From Somniosus microcephalus (lineage: Eukaryota): DNA of 64,000 nt. Below the pieces are notes generated by a model. That model was not told where the DNA came from, did not search any database, and worked only from the letters and a program-made list of their open reading frames with translations. Location: the NCBI GenBank assembly GCA_052327205.1, contig JBMRGM010000076.1, positions 186,001 through 250,000 on the forward strand, in the 5' to 3' direction. Below, in pieces: positions 12,372 through 25,773 of the stretch; within the stretch, counting starts at the first letter, position 1, and each line of letters starts with the position of its first letter. The translations under genes and the position numbers were made by a program.

Positions 12372-13410
12372 TGATGGATTCGGAGCTGTTTGGAGACCAG
12401 TCACTAGTGGTGTCCCATAGGGATCAGTATTGGGATCTTTCCTCTTGACCATTTTTATTACTGATCTAGATATAGGTGTTGGGGGCACGATCTGCAAGTT
12501 TACAGATGGTAGTAAGATTTTTGCGAGTGTCCAGACAGCTGATGATGCTCGATTGCTTCAGGCCACTCCTGATGTCTTGGGGGCTTAGGCTTGTGATAGG
12601 CAAATGCTGTTTAACTTGGTTAAGTAGGACCAGGGGTCATAATTTTAAGTTGTAAATATTAAGTACAAGTCCAGCACTAGCTGAGATGTCAGGGGGTGGG
12701 ACATTTCCCAGAGAATAGTGGGGCTCTGGAACCATCTGCCGGCTCGAGCGGTGGACGCCGATTCACTGACTTCCTTCAAGCGAGAGCTGGACCTGTTTCT
12801 GGGCGGGCTGGAGATCAATTTGTACAAAAGGTCGGTACTGTATAGAATTATCAGTCTGGAGTGATCTCCTGGTCTAGATTCGATTGCCTGGGGGTGTCGG
12901 AGTGGAATTTCCCAGATTATTGCCCCTAAATGGGCCATGGATTTTGGCTGGTTTTTCGCCTCTCCCGGGAGATCACATGATGGCGGGTGCTGTGGAAAGT
13001 GTATTTATTATGACAGGCAAGTTATCACACTTGTGTGGGACATGCTGGACGGAGCAGAGGGTATTTTCCTGTCCTTCTTTGTTGGTAAGTGTTTGTAGGT
13101 GTGGCGGGGTCCCAGAATCATCCCCGGCTGCTCTTTTCCATTTGATCCCGTGCTGTGTTCCTAATTAATGCCCATCATCCGTTGCCTTGAGGAGATGGTG
13201 GCGGGCCTTCTGCTTGACCCACTGCAGTCCTTGTAGTGATGGTGTTCTGGACCCATTTAATACCCATTCCCGAGCTGCTCTTAGAAGGTGGTGCTGGATC
13301 TTCTTCCTGATTCCTGCCGTCCTTACGGTAATGGTGTTCCCATGATGCTGTTAGGTGGAGAATTCACGTGTTTTGTCCAAGTGATGATAAATGAACGGTG
13401 ATATATGTGC
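12372..13410. mobile_element. Degenerate CR1 (+) and second LINE family (-) fragments
   Basis: VTSGVP.GSVLG and QRIVGLWNHLP remnants; 13150-13410 matches the LINE 3' region at 24230 and 26340. Confidence 0.7.
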
Positions 13411-15469
13411 ACGCTAGAAAGCTTTGCTTATTTTTGTAGCTCCCATCTTCACTTAAAGTGGCGCATTTCCCTCCCACCAGAGCAGGAAGGTGGTTGGCTC
13501 CTTTGAGATACACGAGACCGACTCCAAATATTTCCCACCTCCATCTTTCTGCGCGAGTGCTTCAAGTTGCTGTGACAGCCGGTTGCTGCCATCACCCAGA
13601 GCTCACACTCACAGTATTGTAAGTCTGTTTGATATCTACAAAACTCACCTCAGGGTCTATCAGATCGGGGCAGGACCGGATATACCTGCAGAAACCAGTG
13701 AGTGGGGGCAGAGTTATGAGGGGCTTTCCCCTGTTTAACTGATTTTCATCTTGTTGACAATACGGGTTGGGGAATTCTTTAGTTAAATGTATATTTCTGG
13801 TGAGTTGTTCCATTCCACATGGCATCCTAGGAATGAATTATTTGCCTGTTTTAGACTCGTGGTAACTTCATAGTAACACTTCAGCTGTGTCCATTCATCG
13901 ATCTGTATTAAATATTCAAGCTCTTTTCATTCTCCAGATCTACATTCACTCTTGGAGAAATCAGAGCCACGTTTAATTTCATTTATTGAGATATACAATG
14001 GACAGTTTCTGCAAAAAACCGTCTAGCGTCTGATCCCCTCTTTGGATTGGATCACAATAAGTTACCCATTTACAGTGATACAGGCCGCACTCCCCCTGAT
14101 TGTGTTAGATTCTTTAGAGCTTTAATGTTTCATTGACCTATAAACACAGTTAAAAATCAGCCAAACCGCTCCTGGATTCTTCTATTTGACTTCAAAACTA
14201 CAGGGAGAATTGCTGCTCCTGTTGTACCTGAATTTACTGATAGATTTGGACACAGTTAGAGACTATTTATCCTGACCTGTTAATAATTTTTGTTATAGAT
14301 TTAGGAAAGTTTACACAGATTCCGGCCATCTTGTACTCTGATTCAGTCTTTGCGATAAGGGATAAGTTAATTTGCAGACACTAAGTTGTCATGTGCTTGC
14401 AATGAATTAATGACATTACCCAGATATGCTTCCTCCTGATACGTTGACCCGCTGGATGATATGCATCCTATGTTCAAATCGCCAGATGAAATGTCCAGCA
14501 GCAGTATGTCAATATTTCACAGGAGCTTTCAACAAAACGCGAGCACAGAAATCACCACAGAGCCAGGTGCTTCCTATCAGTTCAACAGAACAGCAAAACA
14601 CACAGCGACTGCTCTGAGACTCTGCAGACTGCGAGCGGCTTTTCACACACTGGGGTTATGGAAGGTCATCCTAGGTTCAAAGTGATCACCATCTATAAAA
14701 CACTTGCCTTTCTGTTTACAGGGAACACATCACGTCTCTCCCTGGTACAGTACATAGATGGTGAAAATTCAGATCTTCTGATTACCACTAAATATGTTTG
14801 TGGGCTGTCCTTCTCTCTGAGAGTCTCACTGAGTGATTGAAACAAATTTTCTCAAATATCTGGCAACTTGTCCCAAAAAGTTGCAAAGTTATGGACTGCG
14901 ACTGTGAAGCAGTTCTGAGCGGCACGGCTCAGACACACTGTCACTTTAAAGTGGATCAATGCAGCAAAACTGCGAAAGAATCAATGGTGGTCCCTGGACA
15001 GTGGGTGACTGCAGAATCACAACAGTCAGTGACAAAAGTCAGAGCAGGGCCAGCTCCAGTGAAAAACTGGGCCATAAACAAAGGGGTCGCTGTACATTGG
15101 GTAAATGCAGCAAAACTGGGCAATAAACAATGGAGGTCGTTGTTCAGTGGGTGAATGTAGAATCACTGCAGTCAGTGGTAATAGTCAGAGTAGGGTGGGC
15201 TCCAAAACAGAACTGTTAAAAAATAAACAAAAATTCCAGGAAATAAAATATGTATTAGCAGGCAATGATAAGTACCCAAATAAACAAATTATGTGGAACA
15301 TAATATACCGAGAGGAAATAATCAGTGAAGATAAATGAACAATCATGTGGAACCGTGATCCTTGTGATGGGGATAGAAACAATTTTGGGCAGTATTTCTT
15401 CAGAGTGCACTGATTCACAGACTGGCTTTAAATCACTTGAACATACAATGATGACAATGACAAAGAACT

Positions 15470-16560
15470 TCATAGAATCTACAGCAGAACAAAAAGGCAG
15501 CTTGGCACAACTGGACAATGCCGGTGTGGAAATTCCACACAAGGCTCCTCCCACTCGAATGACCTCATCCCTCCATGCCCCGTACCCGTCTATTACCTTC
15601 CCTCTCATTTAAGTATCACGCCTCCCATTGAAAGTATCAATGTTATTTGCATCAAACACCCCATGTGGCATCGAGTTCTACATTCTCACCATCGTCTGTG
15701 TGAACAATAAGTCCACCTAACTGCTTTATCTGATCTGTTAGAGGCTATTATATATTAATGCCGCCTTGTCATGAACTCAACCACAAGCAGCAAGTTTCTC
15801 CACATTCACCCAATCGGACTCCTTCATAATTTTGAAGATCTCTAAACTGCCTCCTCTTCGTCTTCTCTTTTCCAGAGAGCAGAGCCCTGGCCGGCCCAAT
15901 CTTTCTGATAGTCGTATCTTCTCCATTCACGTACAATTCTTGAAAACATTATCTGCATTTACCCTAGTCCTTCATTGTCATTTTTATGGTATGCAGACCA
16001 GAACTGCACATATTGCTCCAAGTGATCTAACCAAGGTTCGATAAAATTTAAAATTACCTCGCTGCTTTTGTATTCTCTGCCTGTAGAAATGAACCCAGCA
16101 CATTGGGTGGGTGCTCAGCGAGTCGGGCAGAGGAGCGCAGAGGAGCGCAGCAGACTCATGAAACACTGCAGCATGTCAGCCGGCAGCTCCATTTCGGGTA
16201 ACTCGCAGTCCGGATGGGAGGAGGGGAGCCGGGCATGGTGGCCAGAGCGGGAGAAGCAGGCCACCACACGTGGAGCCGGCAACAGTGAGGAGAAGGCCGC
16301 AGTGAAGAGGAGGACGGAGCGGCTGAGGAACATCGTGCTCCCACTGCCACGGGAAGCCATTGTATTGACACTGAACGCGGCGCTGTATGTATAGCTGACG
16401 CATCCCTACGGGGAACAAGCATTCCTTTGTACTTGTTGCATATGGCAAATAAATCTAACCTGAATCTGAATCTACATTCCCAGGTCTCTTTAGTCCTCTA
16501 CCCCATTTAGTTTCTTACCATCCAAGGAATAAGTGGCCTCCTCATTCCCCCCAAACAATA
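15470..16560 (-). mobile_element. Degenerate CR1 fragment interrupted by a GC-rich insert
   Basis: FYRTLVR.L...CAV and other CR1 3' remnants on the minus strand. Confidence 0.65.
16105..16473 (+). mobile_element. GC-rich non-autonomous retroposon with AATAAA and (TGAATC)n tail
   Basis: Sharp GC/CpG shift; tail GTACTTGTTGCATATGGCAAATAAATCTAACCTGAATCTGAATCT; ACATT on both sides (16100-16104, 16474-16478). Confidence 0.5.
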
Positions 16561-16574
16561 TAAACCACCTCAAG

Positions 16575-17225
16575 GTAAGGAAAGTTGGCGGGGGAATAAC
16601 AACAGAGAAGCTGTGTGATAGGGTGGAAGGCAGGAATGTTTAAATGGACAACAGATTCATTACCCGCACCCACTGTCTGAAAAAATAGGAGCAGTGATTA
16701 TGATTTGAAACTGTTGAACTCGATGTTGAGTCTGGAAGGTTGTCAAGTACCTCATCGAAAGGTCAGGTGCTGTTCCTCGAGCTTCCGTTGAGCTTCATTA
16801 GAATAGTGCAGTAGGTCACGGTCAGAGAGGTCAGAGTGGGAGTGAGGCGGGGAATTAAAATGACCCAGAAGCTGAGGGTCATGATTGCAGACTGAATGGA
16901 AATGTTCAGCAAAGCGATCACCCAATCTGCGTTTGGTCCCCCAAATGTACAGGAGACTGCATCGTGAGCAGTGAATGCAGTAGGCTAAATTGAAAGGAGT
17001 AAACCGCTGTTTCACTTGGAAGGAGGATTTCGGGGCCTGGACGGTAGGAAGGGATCAGGTGAAAGAGTAGGTGCTGCATCAACTGCGCTTGCTTGGGATG
17101 GTGCCGTGGGAAGTGCAGCCGGTGTTGTGGGTGATGGAAGAGTGGACCAGGGTGTCATGGAGGGAACAGTCCTTTCGGAATGTTTAAATGGGGGTGGAGA
17201 GGAAGATGAGTTCGGTGGTGTGATG
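16575..17225 (-). mobile_element. Penelope-like element fragment (GIY-YIG)
   Basis: YCIHCSRCSLLYIWGTKRRLGDRFAEH...KLEEQHLTFR. Confidence 0.85.
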
Positions 17226-17664
17226 TAATGTTTAACTACTTGTCGAAATTCAGCATCATACCGCCACAATGAAACATCACAGCAGGTGCTCAATAGCAGA
17301 CAAATGAGATAAGCCTCGAGAGACAACTACAGAGATCCTTCATTGGACACCCGCTCTCTAAAAGTTGACCCAATTTGTGGATCGAACTTCTATTGGCAAT
17401 CACTGAATAAACAACGGAAAATTATACAAGTATTGAGTGAACCGATGTGTTTAAAATTGTCGTTTGGAACATAATGGAACCGATGCAGAAAGAACTAAAG
17501 AGAGCAAGAGACAGGAGCTGAATCATTGTACTGAACCGTCACTCACAATCTAAAAGAACTAAACAAAAAAGGACATGAGCCGAATCACTGCACTGAACTG
17601 TCCCCCACAATTTAACAGTAAGAACTAAATACCCATAGAGCAGGCTATTCGAAGCACCAAAATA

Positions 17665-18995
17665 ACATAAGAAATAGGAGCTGGAGAAGGCCATTTGGCC
17701 CTTCGAGCCTGCTCCGCCATTCAACAAGATCATGGCTGATCTTCTTCCTCAACTCCACCTTCCCCCACTATCCCCAGATCCCATAATTCGCTTAGTACCC
17801 CAAAAAATATTGACCTCTGTCTTGAATACACTCAACGTCTGAGCAGCCACAGCGTTCTGGGGTCTAGATTCCAAAGATTCACAAACCTTTGAGTGAAGAA
17901 ATTTCTCCTCATCTCAGTCCTAAATGGTCGACCACTTATTTGGAGACTATGACACCGCCAGGGGAATCAATTTATCAGATTTACACCTGTCAAGCCCCTG
18001 ATGAATGTTATGTGTTTCAATTAGATCACCTCTCATTCTGCTAAACTCTTGGGAACATTGTCCTCGTCTACCCAATCTCTCCTCATAGAACTATCCCATC
18101 ATCCAAGGAACCAGTTTAGTGAACCTTCGTTTTACTCCCCCGAATGCAAGTATGCCTTTCCTTAGGTAAGGAGACCGGATCTGTTCACAGTACTCCAGGT
18201 GTGGCCACACTAATGCCCTGTATAATTGTAGTAAGAATTATTTACTGTTATACATTAAGTCCTTTGTAACAAAAGCTAACATACTATTTGCTTTCCTAAT
18301 TGTTTGCTGTACCTGCATGTTAACGTTCTGTCATTCATGTACAAGGGCACCCAGGTCCCTCTGAATGCAAACATTTCCCAGTCTCGCACCATTCAAAAAA
18401 TATTCAGCTTTTTTTTCCCTACCAAAGTGGATAACTTCAATCTTCCCCACAGTGTATTCCATTTGCAATGTTCTTACCAACTCAGACAGCCTGTCCATAT
18501 CTCTCTGCAGCCTCTTCGCGTCCTTCTCACAGCTAACTTTCCCACTGATCATTGTATCAAACTTGTATATGTTACGCTCAGTCCCTTCATTTAAGTCATT
18601 AATATAGATTGTAAACAGCTGAGGCCCAAGCACTGATCCTGGTGGTACTCTGCTAGTTACAGCCTTCCAAACCGAAAAAGTCCCGTTTATTCCTACTCTC
18701 AGTTTTCTGTCCTTTAACCAGTCATCAATCCGTGCTAATATACTACCCCCTATGCAATGAGTCCGATGTTTGTGTAATAACCTCTTGTGTGGCCCCTTAT
18801 CGATTGCTTTTTAAAAGTCCAATTGCATTACATCCACTGGTTCCCCCTTATCAATCCGACTAGGTACATCTTCAAGAACCTGTAACAGATTGGTCAAGCA
18901 CGATTTTTCTTTCATAAGACAATGTTGACTCAGCCTAATCATATTTCGATGTTCTAAGTGCCCTGTTACCACGTTCCTAATAATCGATACTAGCA
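17665..18995 (-). mobile_element. CR1 LINE, RT to 3' end
   Basis: SCLTNLL, GEPVDV, LGPQLFTIYINDL and QRDLG motifs plus CR1 tail. Confidence 0.88.
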
Positions 18996-20347
18996 AAACT
19001 AAACAGTCTGAGCTTCAGATCACATTCAGACTGAAGGTCAACCGAACAGCTTTCTAAAGGTCTCCTGTTGGAGTGTAAGCCCTCTCTGAAATGCAAATCA
19101 AATCATTTGAGTATCTCTGTTGAAATTCGCTGTGAATTTTCCATATTCCGCTGTTTCTTCCACTAATGAGACTGATTTGGGATTGTGGAGAATCCACCGG
19201 AATCTATAATAATGAGACGCACAAATCCCAGTCCAAACACAACAATATCAATACCCGCACAATTGATTATCTGAGGTCCTTTTAAATGGCCCCTTTAGGT
19301 CACCGACAGGAGAACAGAAATTTTAAGTAGATCTTTCAGCTGGTTATCGGTGTCATTTTTGAACATGTTTTAAAGATCATTGTACAATAGGTCTGAAAGG
19401 TTCAGGTCTGTTTTTGTCTGTGTGTTTAACGGCTTGTTTAACATTCGGTTAAAGACGTTGCAGTCTGTGACTGACATTAAATGCTGTAAACCACACGCTC
19501 TCTCAGTTAACACACTGATTGTAATCAGGATGTAAAAGAGTTTTAAAAGTGCAACACACTAGGTTTAAACTGTAAAATATTACAGTGCTCAGACATAACG
19601 GAAGAACTTTCTTCAAGACTATTGAGTTGTCTACCATTAATATGCTATTTATATCCAGGATTAAAAGGATGCTAAAAACAGAAAATGCTGGAAGTACTCA
19701 GCAGGTCAGGCAGCACCTGTGGAATGACAAACAGAGTTAATGTTTCAGGTCGACGCCCTCCGCCACTGTTTCTGGCACTAACCATCTCCATTTCACCATG
19801 GACATCCAGTCCCTCTACACCTCACCCACCGGGATGGCCTAAAGATCCTCTGCTTCGTCCTTGAGCGGGAACCCAAGCAGTCTCCATCCACCGCCCTTAC
19901 ATTGCACAACTTCTCCTTTGACTCCACTCTCTTCCTGCAAATAAAAGGTGTTTCTATGGAAACCGTGTAGGTCCTGGCTATGCCTGCCTTTTCGTGGGAC
20001 ACGTGGAACACTCTTTGTTCCGGTTCTAGTCAGGTCCCCTCCCTCATTTCTATTTCCGGTATATTTATGAGAGTAATGGTGCCACTTCCTGCTCTGCCCC
20101 GAACTGGACAATACCATCATCTTTGCTTCCAATTTCCACCTCTTCCTCGCCTTCATATGCTTCATCTCCGATTCTTCCCTTCCCTTCCTCGACCTCTCTA
20201 TTTCCATTTCTGGGGATGGCTGTTGACCAACATCATCTAGAAGCACACTGAGTCCCACAGCTACTTTTATTTCACTTCCTCCCACCGCGCTTCCTGCAAG
20301 GACTATATTCGATTCTCCCAGTTTCTCCATCTCTGTTGCATCGATTC

Positions 20348-20771
20348 TGACTGGCTGGGGTTGTTTTCCTTGGAGCAGAGAAGGCTGAGGGGGGACCTGA
20401 TTGAGGTGTACAAAATTATGAGGGGCATAGATAGGGTAGATAGAAAGGAACTTTTTCCCTTAGTAGAGGGGTCAATAACAAGGGGGCATAGAATCAAGGT
20501 AAGGGGCAGGAGGTTTAGAGGGGATTTGGGGAAAAACTTTTTCACCCAGAGGTTAGTTGGAATCTGGAACTCACTGCCTGAAAGGGTGGTAGATGCAGGA
20601 ACCCTCACAATATTCAAGAAGCATTTCGATGAGCACTTGAAATGCCATAGCATACAAGGCTACGGACCAAATGCTGGAAAATGGGATTAGATGAGACAGG
20701 GCTTGATGGCCGGCGTGGATGCGATGGCCTGAAGGGCCTCGTTATGTGCTGTATAACTCTATGACTCTATG
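20348..20771 (+). mobile_element. CR1 3' end nested in the Penelope element
   Basis: FSLEQRRLRGDLIEVYKI...FFTQRLVGIWNSLP; (ACTCTATG)n tail. Confidence 0.92.
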
Positions 20772-21204
20772 AAGTTGACACCTTCCATACCATTGTTTCT
20801 AGTATGTCTTCCTTTTTCCTCAACCGAGGATTCCCCTCCACAGTGGTTGTCAGGGCCCTCGACCGTGTCCATCCCATTAATTGCACTTGTGATCTCACCC
20901 CTTACCCTCCCTCGCAGAGCCATGATAAGATTCCCCTTGTCTTCACCTTCCACCCCGCCGGCCACCACACGCAACGAATCATCCTCTGCCATTTCCATCA
21001 CATCCAGCGTGATACCAGTACCAAACAGTTCTTCCCCTCTCCTCCCATTTCATCATTACAAAGAGTCTTTTCCCTCCACGGCACCATGGTCCACTCTTCA
21101 ATCATCTAAAACATCCTCTCCCAATCGGCACATTCCCATGCAAACGCAGGACATGAAACACCTGCCCTTTTACCTCCTCCATTCCGACCATCCAGGGCCC
21201 CAAA

Positions 21205-21702
21205 TAGAATAGTAGAGCACAGAAGGCGGCCATTTGGACCATTGTGTCTGCGTCCGGTCTTCTGAAGAGAAATCCGGTTAGTCTCACTTCCCCGCTCTTG
21301 CCCCATAACCCAGCACTGATTTTCCCCTTCAAGTATGTATCACATTCCGATTTGAAGGCTACTGTAGAATCTATATCCACCACCCTATCAGGAAGTGCAT
21401 TCCAAATCCTAACCAGTTGTTGCGTAATAAAGTTTTGCCTCATTTCACCCCTGATTCTTTTGCCAATCAGCTTAAATCTGTGACCTCCAGTTATCGATAG
21501 TTCTGCTATTGGCAATGGTTTCTCTTGATTTACAGTATCTAAACTCCTCATAGCCTTATCTGCTCGAAGTAGAACAACCCAAGCTTCTCTGGTCTATTCA
21601 AGTAACTGTAATCCTTCAGCCCTGGATCCATTCTAGTAACGCTCTCCTGTACTCTCTAAATCATTCACCTTCACCTCCTTCCTAAATTGTGGTGCCCAGA
21701 AT
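21205..21702 (-). mobile_element. CR1 3' end nested in the Penelope element
   Basis: TGGHRFKLIGKRIRGEMRQNF...IWNALPDRVV. Confidence 0.85.
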
Positions 21703-22331
21703 TCACTTTTACTTTTTTCAATTTAGTATATTCTGCTCACGATCCTGACTCCTCTACATTGGGGAGACCAAATGTCGATTGAGTGATCGCTTTGTGGAAC
21801 ACCTCCATTCAGTCCGCAATCTTGATCCTGAGATTCTAGTCACCTGCCATCTTAATTCTCCGCACCAATTCCATTCTGACCTCACTGTCCTCGGACTCTG
21901 ACACTGTTCCAATGAAGCTCAATGGAAGCACAAGGAACAACACCTCATCATTCGATTCAGCACTTTAGAGCCTTCATGTCTCAGCACTTAGTTCAACATT
22001 TTCAGATCATTACCAATGCTCCCATTTTGTTGCACAGCAGTTGCTGGTAATGATTCTGCTTTTGTCATTCTCAGCTCATTTAGACCCATCTTTTGTTTCT
22101 TTACTTGTCCCATTATGACCCACTTTTGCTTCGCACCATCATCCAATTTGTCATTTAATCACTCCCGCTTTCCACCCTATCACAGACCTTTCCTTTTGTT
22201 CTTTCCTCCCCTCTCCCTTTCATTGTCTCTGTACTTGCTTAAAAACTGTTACATGTATACCATTTTCCAGCTCTGCTGAAGGGTCATCGATCTGAAACGT
22301 TAACTGTTTTTCTCTCCACAGGTGATGCCTG

Positions 22332-25300
22332 GGTGTCGATGAGTGTAGTGCGTTTGATGTAGTCTATAAGGATTTTAGCAAGGTTTTCGACTGTGATTTG
22401 GACAGGTTGGGTGACTGGGCAGATGCATGGCAGATGCAGTATAATGCGGATAAATCCGAGCTTATCCACACTGGTGGCAAAAACAGAAAGACAGATTATT
22501 ATCTGAACGGCAATTGATTGGGAAAAGGGGAAGTGCAATGACACCTGCGTGTCCTTGTGCGCCAGCCGCTGAAGGTAAGCATGCAGGTGCAGCAGCCGGT
22601 TAAGAAGGAAAATGTTAGGCAGGCCTTCATAGCGAGAGGATTCGAGTAGAGGAGCAAGGATGCCTTGCTGCAGTTGTACACGGCCTTGGTGAGGCCACAC
22701 CTTGAGTATTGTGCACAGTTTTGGTCACCTTATCTGAGGAAGGATGTTCTTGCCATGGAGGCAGTGCAGCGAAAATTCACCAGGCTGATACCTGGGATGG
22801 CAGGAATAACGTATGAAGAGAGATTGAGTCGATTATGATTTATTCGCTAGAGTTTAGAAGAATGAGAGGGGATCTCTTTGAAACTTAAAATATTCTAACA
22901 GTACTAGACAGACTAGATGCAGGAAGGATGATTCCGATGGCAGAGGAGTCCAGAACCAGGGGTCACAGTCTAAGGATAAGGGGTAAGCCATTTAGGACTG
23001 AGATGAGGAGGAATTTCTTCACCCAGAGAGTGGGGAACCTGTGGAATTCTCTACCACAGAAGGCAGTTGAGGCCAATTCATTAAATATATTCAAGAAGGA
23101 GTTAGATATATTTCTTAAGGCTGAAGGGATCAAGGGATATGGGGAGAAAGCAGGGACAGGGTACTTAATTTGAAAGATCAGCCATAATCTCATTAAATGG
23201 GGGAACAGGCTTGAGGGGCCGCATGGCCTACTCCTGCTCCTATCTTCTATGTTTCTATTTCATGCATGGCAGACTGGTCACGAAAGTAAAAGCCCATGGG
23301 ATCCAAGGTAACGTGGAAGTTGGATCCGAACTTGGCTCAGATGCAGGAAACAAAGTTCGAAGGCTGTTTTTGTGACTCGAAGGCTGTTTCCAGTGGGTTT
23401 CGGCAGGGCTTAGTACTGGGTCCTTTGCTTTTTCTGGTATATATCAATGACTTAGACTTGAACGTAGGGAGTATGATTAAGAAGTTTTTAGATGATACAA
23501 GAATTGGCTGTTTGCTTGATAATGAAGAAGAAAGCTGCAGACAGCAGGAAGATATCAATGGACTGGTCAGGTGGGCAGAACAGTGGCAAATGGAATTCAA
23601 TCTGGAGAAGTGTGAGGTAATGCATTTGTGAAGGGCTCACAAGTCAAGGGAATACACCATAAATGGTAGGACACAGAGAAGTGCAGAGGATCTCAGAAAC
23701 TTTGGAGTGCATGTCCACAGCCCCCTGAAGGTAGTGGGACTGGTAGATAATTGATTAAGAGGGCATACGGAATGTTTGCCTTCATTCTCCGAGGCAAAGA
23801 ATATAAGAGCAGGGAGGTTATGCTTGAACTGTATAAAACACTAGTTAGACCACAGCTAGAATACTGTTGCAATTGTGGTCACTTCATTACAGGAAGGATG
23901 TGATTGCACCAGTGAGGGTGCAGAGGAGATTTACGAGGATGTTGCCCAAGTAGCGGAATTTTAGCTATGAAAAAAGATTGGATAGGCTGGGGTTGTTTTC
24001 TTTTGAAAAAAGGAGGCTGAGGGAAGACCTAATTTAGTTGCATATAATATGAGGGGCCATGATAGAATGGGCAGGAAGGACCTATATCCCTTAGCAGAGG
24101 GTTCGATAACCAGGGGGAGTAGATTTAAAGTATAGGTAGTAAGTTTAGAGGGGACTTGAGGAGAAATGTTTTCACCCCGAGGGTGGTGGCAGTCTAGAAC
24201 TCACTGCCTCAAAGTGTTATGTTTTATTGGCTTATGGGATCTGGGCGTCGCTGGCAAGGCCAGAATTTATTGTCCATCCCTAGTTGCCCTTGAGGAGGTG
24301 CTGGTGATCCGCTGTCTTGAAATGCTGCAGACTGTGTGTTGAAGGTACTCCCACAGAGTTGTTAGGTAGGGAGTTCCAGGATTTTGACCCAGCGACGATG
24401 AAGGGTCAGCGATATACTTCTAAGTTAGGATGGTGTGTGACTTGGAGGGGAATTGAATCTGGTGCCATTCCCATGCGCCTGCTGCCCTTGTCCTTCTTGG
24501 TGGAAGAGGGTGTGTGTTTGGGAGGTGCTGCCAAAGAAGCCTTTGCGAGTTGCTGCAGTGCATCTTGTAGATGGTACACACTGCAGCCACGTTACACTGG
24601 TGGTGGAGAGAGTGAATGTTTAAGGTGGTAGATGGGGTGTCAGTCAATTGGGCTGCTTTGTTTTGGATAGTGTCGAGCTTCTTGATTTGGAGCTGCAGTC
24701 ATCCAGGCAAGTAGAGACTATTCCATCACACTCCTTAATTGTGCCTTGTAGATGGTGGAAAGGCTTTGGGGAGACAGGAGGTGATACACTTACAGCACAA
24801 TACCTAGCCTCTGACCTGCTCTGTTGCCACAGTATTTATGTGACATGTCCAGTTAAGTTCCTGGTCAATGGAGACCCCCAGGACGTTGATGGTGGGGGAT
24901 TCCGTGATGGTATTGCCATTGAATGTGCCGTCGTCTGTGAACATCCCCATTTCTGACCATATGCTGGAGCGAATTTCATTGATGAAGCAGCTGACGATGG
25001 TTGGACCTAGAACACGGTCCTGAGGAACTCCTGCAGCGATGTCCTGTGGCTGTGATGATTGACTTTCAATCACCACAACCATCTTCCTTTGTGCTAGGTA
25101 TGACTCCAGCCAGTGGAGCGTTTTTCCTCCAATTCCTATTGACTCCAGTTTTACTCCGGCTCCTTGATGCCACACTCGGTCAAATGCTGCCTTGATATCA
25201 AGGGCAGTCACTCTCACCTCACCTCTGGAATTCAGCTCCTTTGTCCATGTTTGGCCCAAGGCTGTAATGAGGTCTTGAGCCGAGTGGTCCTGGCGGAACC

Positions 25301-25773
25301 CAAACTGGGCATCAGTGAGCAGGTTAGTGGTGATTAAGTGCCACTTGATAGCACTGTCGATGACACCTTCCATCACTTTGCTGATGATTGGGATTAGACT
25401 GATGTGGCGGTAATTGGCTGGGTTTGATTTGTCCTGTTTTTTGCAGACAGGACATAACTGGGCAGTTTTCCACAGTGTCGGATATATGCCAGTGTTCTAG
25501 CTGTACTGGAACAGCTTGGCTAGAGTTGCAGCTAGTTCTGTAGCACAATTCTGCAGCACGGGAGCCGTGATGTTGTCGGGGCCCATGGGTTCCAGAGGCC
25601 GAAATCATCATCACATTTAAAAAGTGCTTGGATATGCACTTGAAGTGCCATAACCTACACGGCTACGGACCAAGTTTTGGAAAGTGGATTAGGCTGGATA
25701 GCTCTTTGTCGGACACCACAGAGAAGATGGGCCGAATGGCCTCCTTCTGTGCTGTAAATGTCTATGATTCTAT
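22332..25773 (+). mobile_element. CR1 nested in the Penelope 3' repeat, itself interrupted by a younger CR1 (about 22388-23258, +) and a second LINE family (about 24220-25585, -)
   Basis: DVVYKDFSKVF at about 22355 resumes as HGRLVTKVKAHGIQG at about 23265. The NSLP region at about 24200 resumes at about 25590 and runs to a CTATGATTCTATG tail. Confidence 0.82.

Noticed and set aside
13420-15300. Unique-looking stretch with short ORFs and a possible minus-strand terminal exon (GDHFEPRMTFHNPSV*, about 14643-14692)
   Set aside because: Weak acceptor, no recognisable domain, and no partner exons found.
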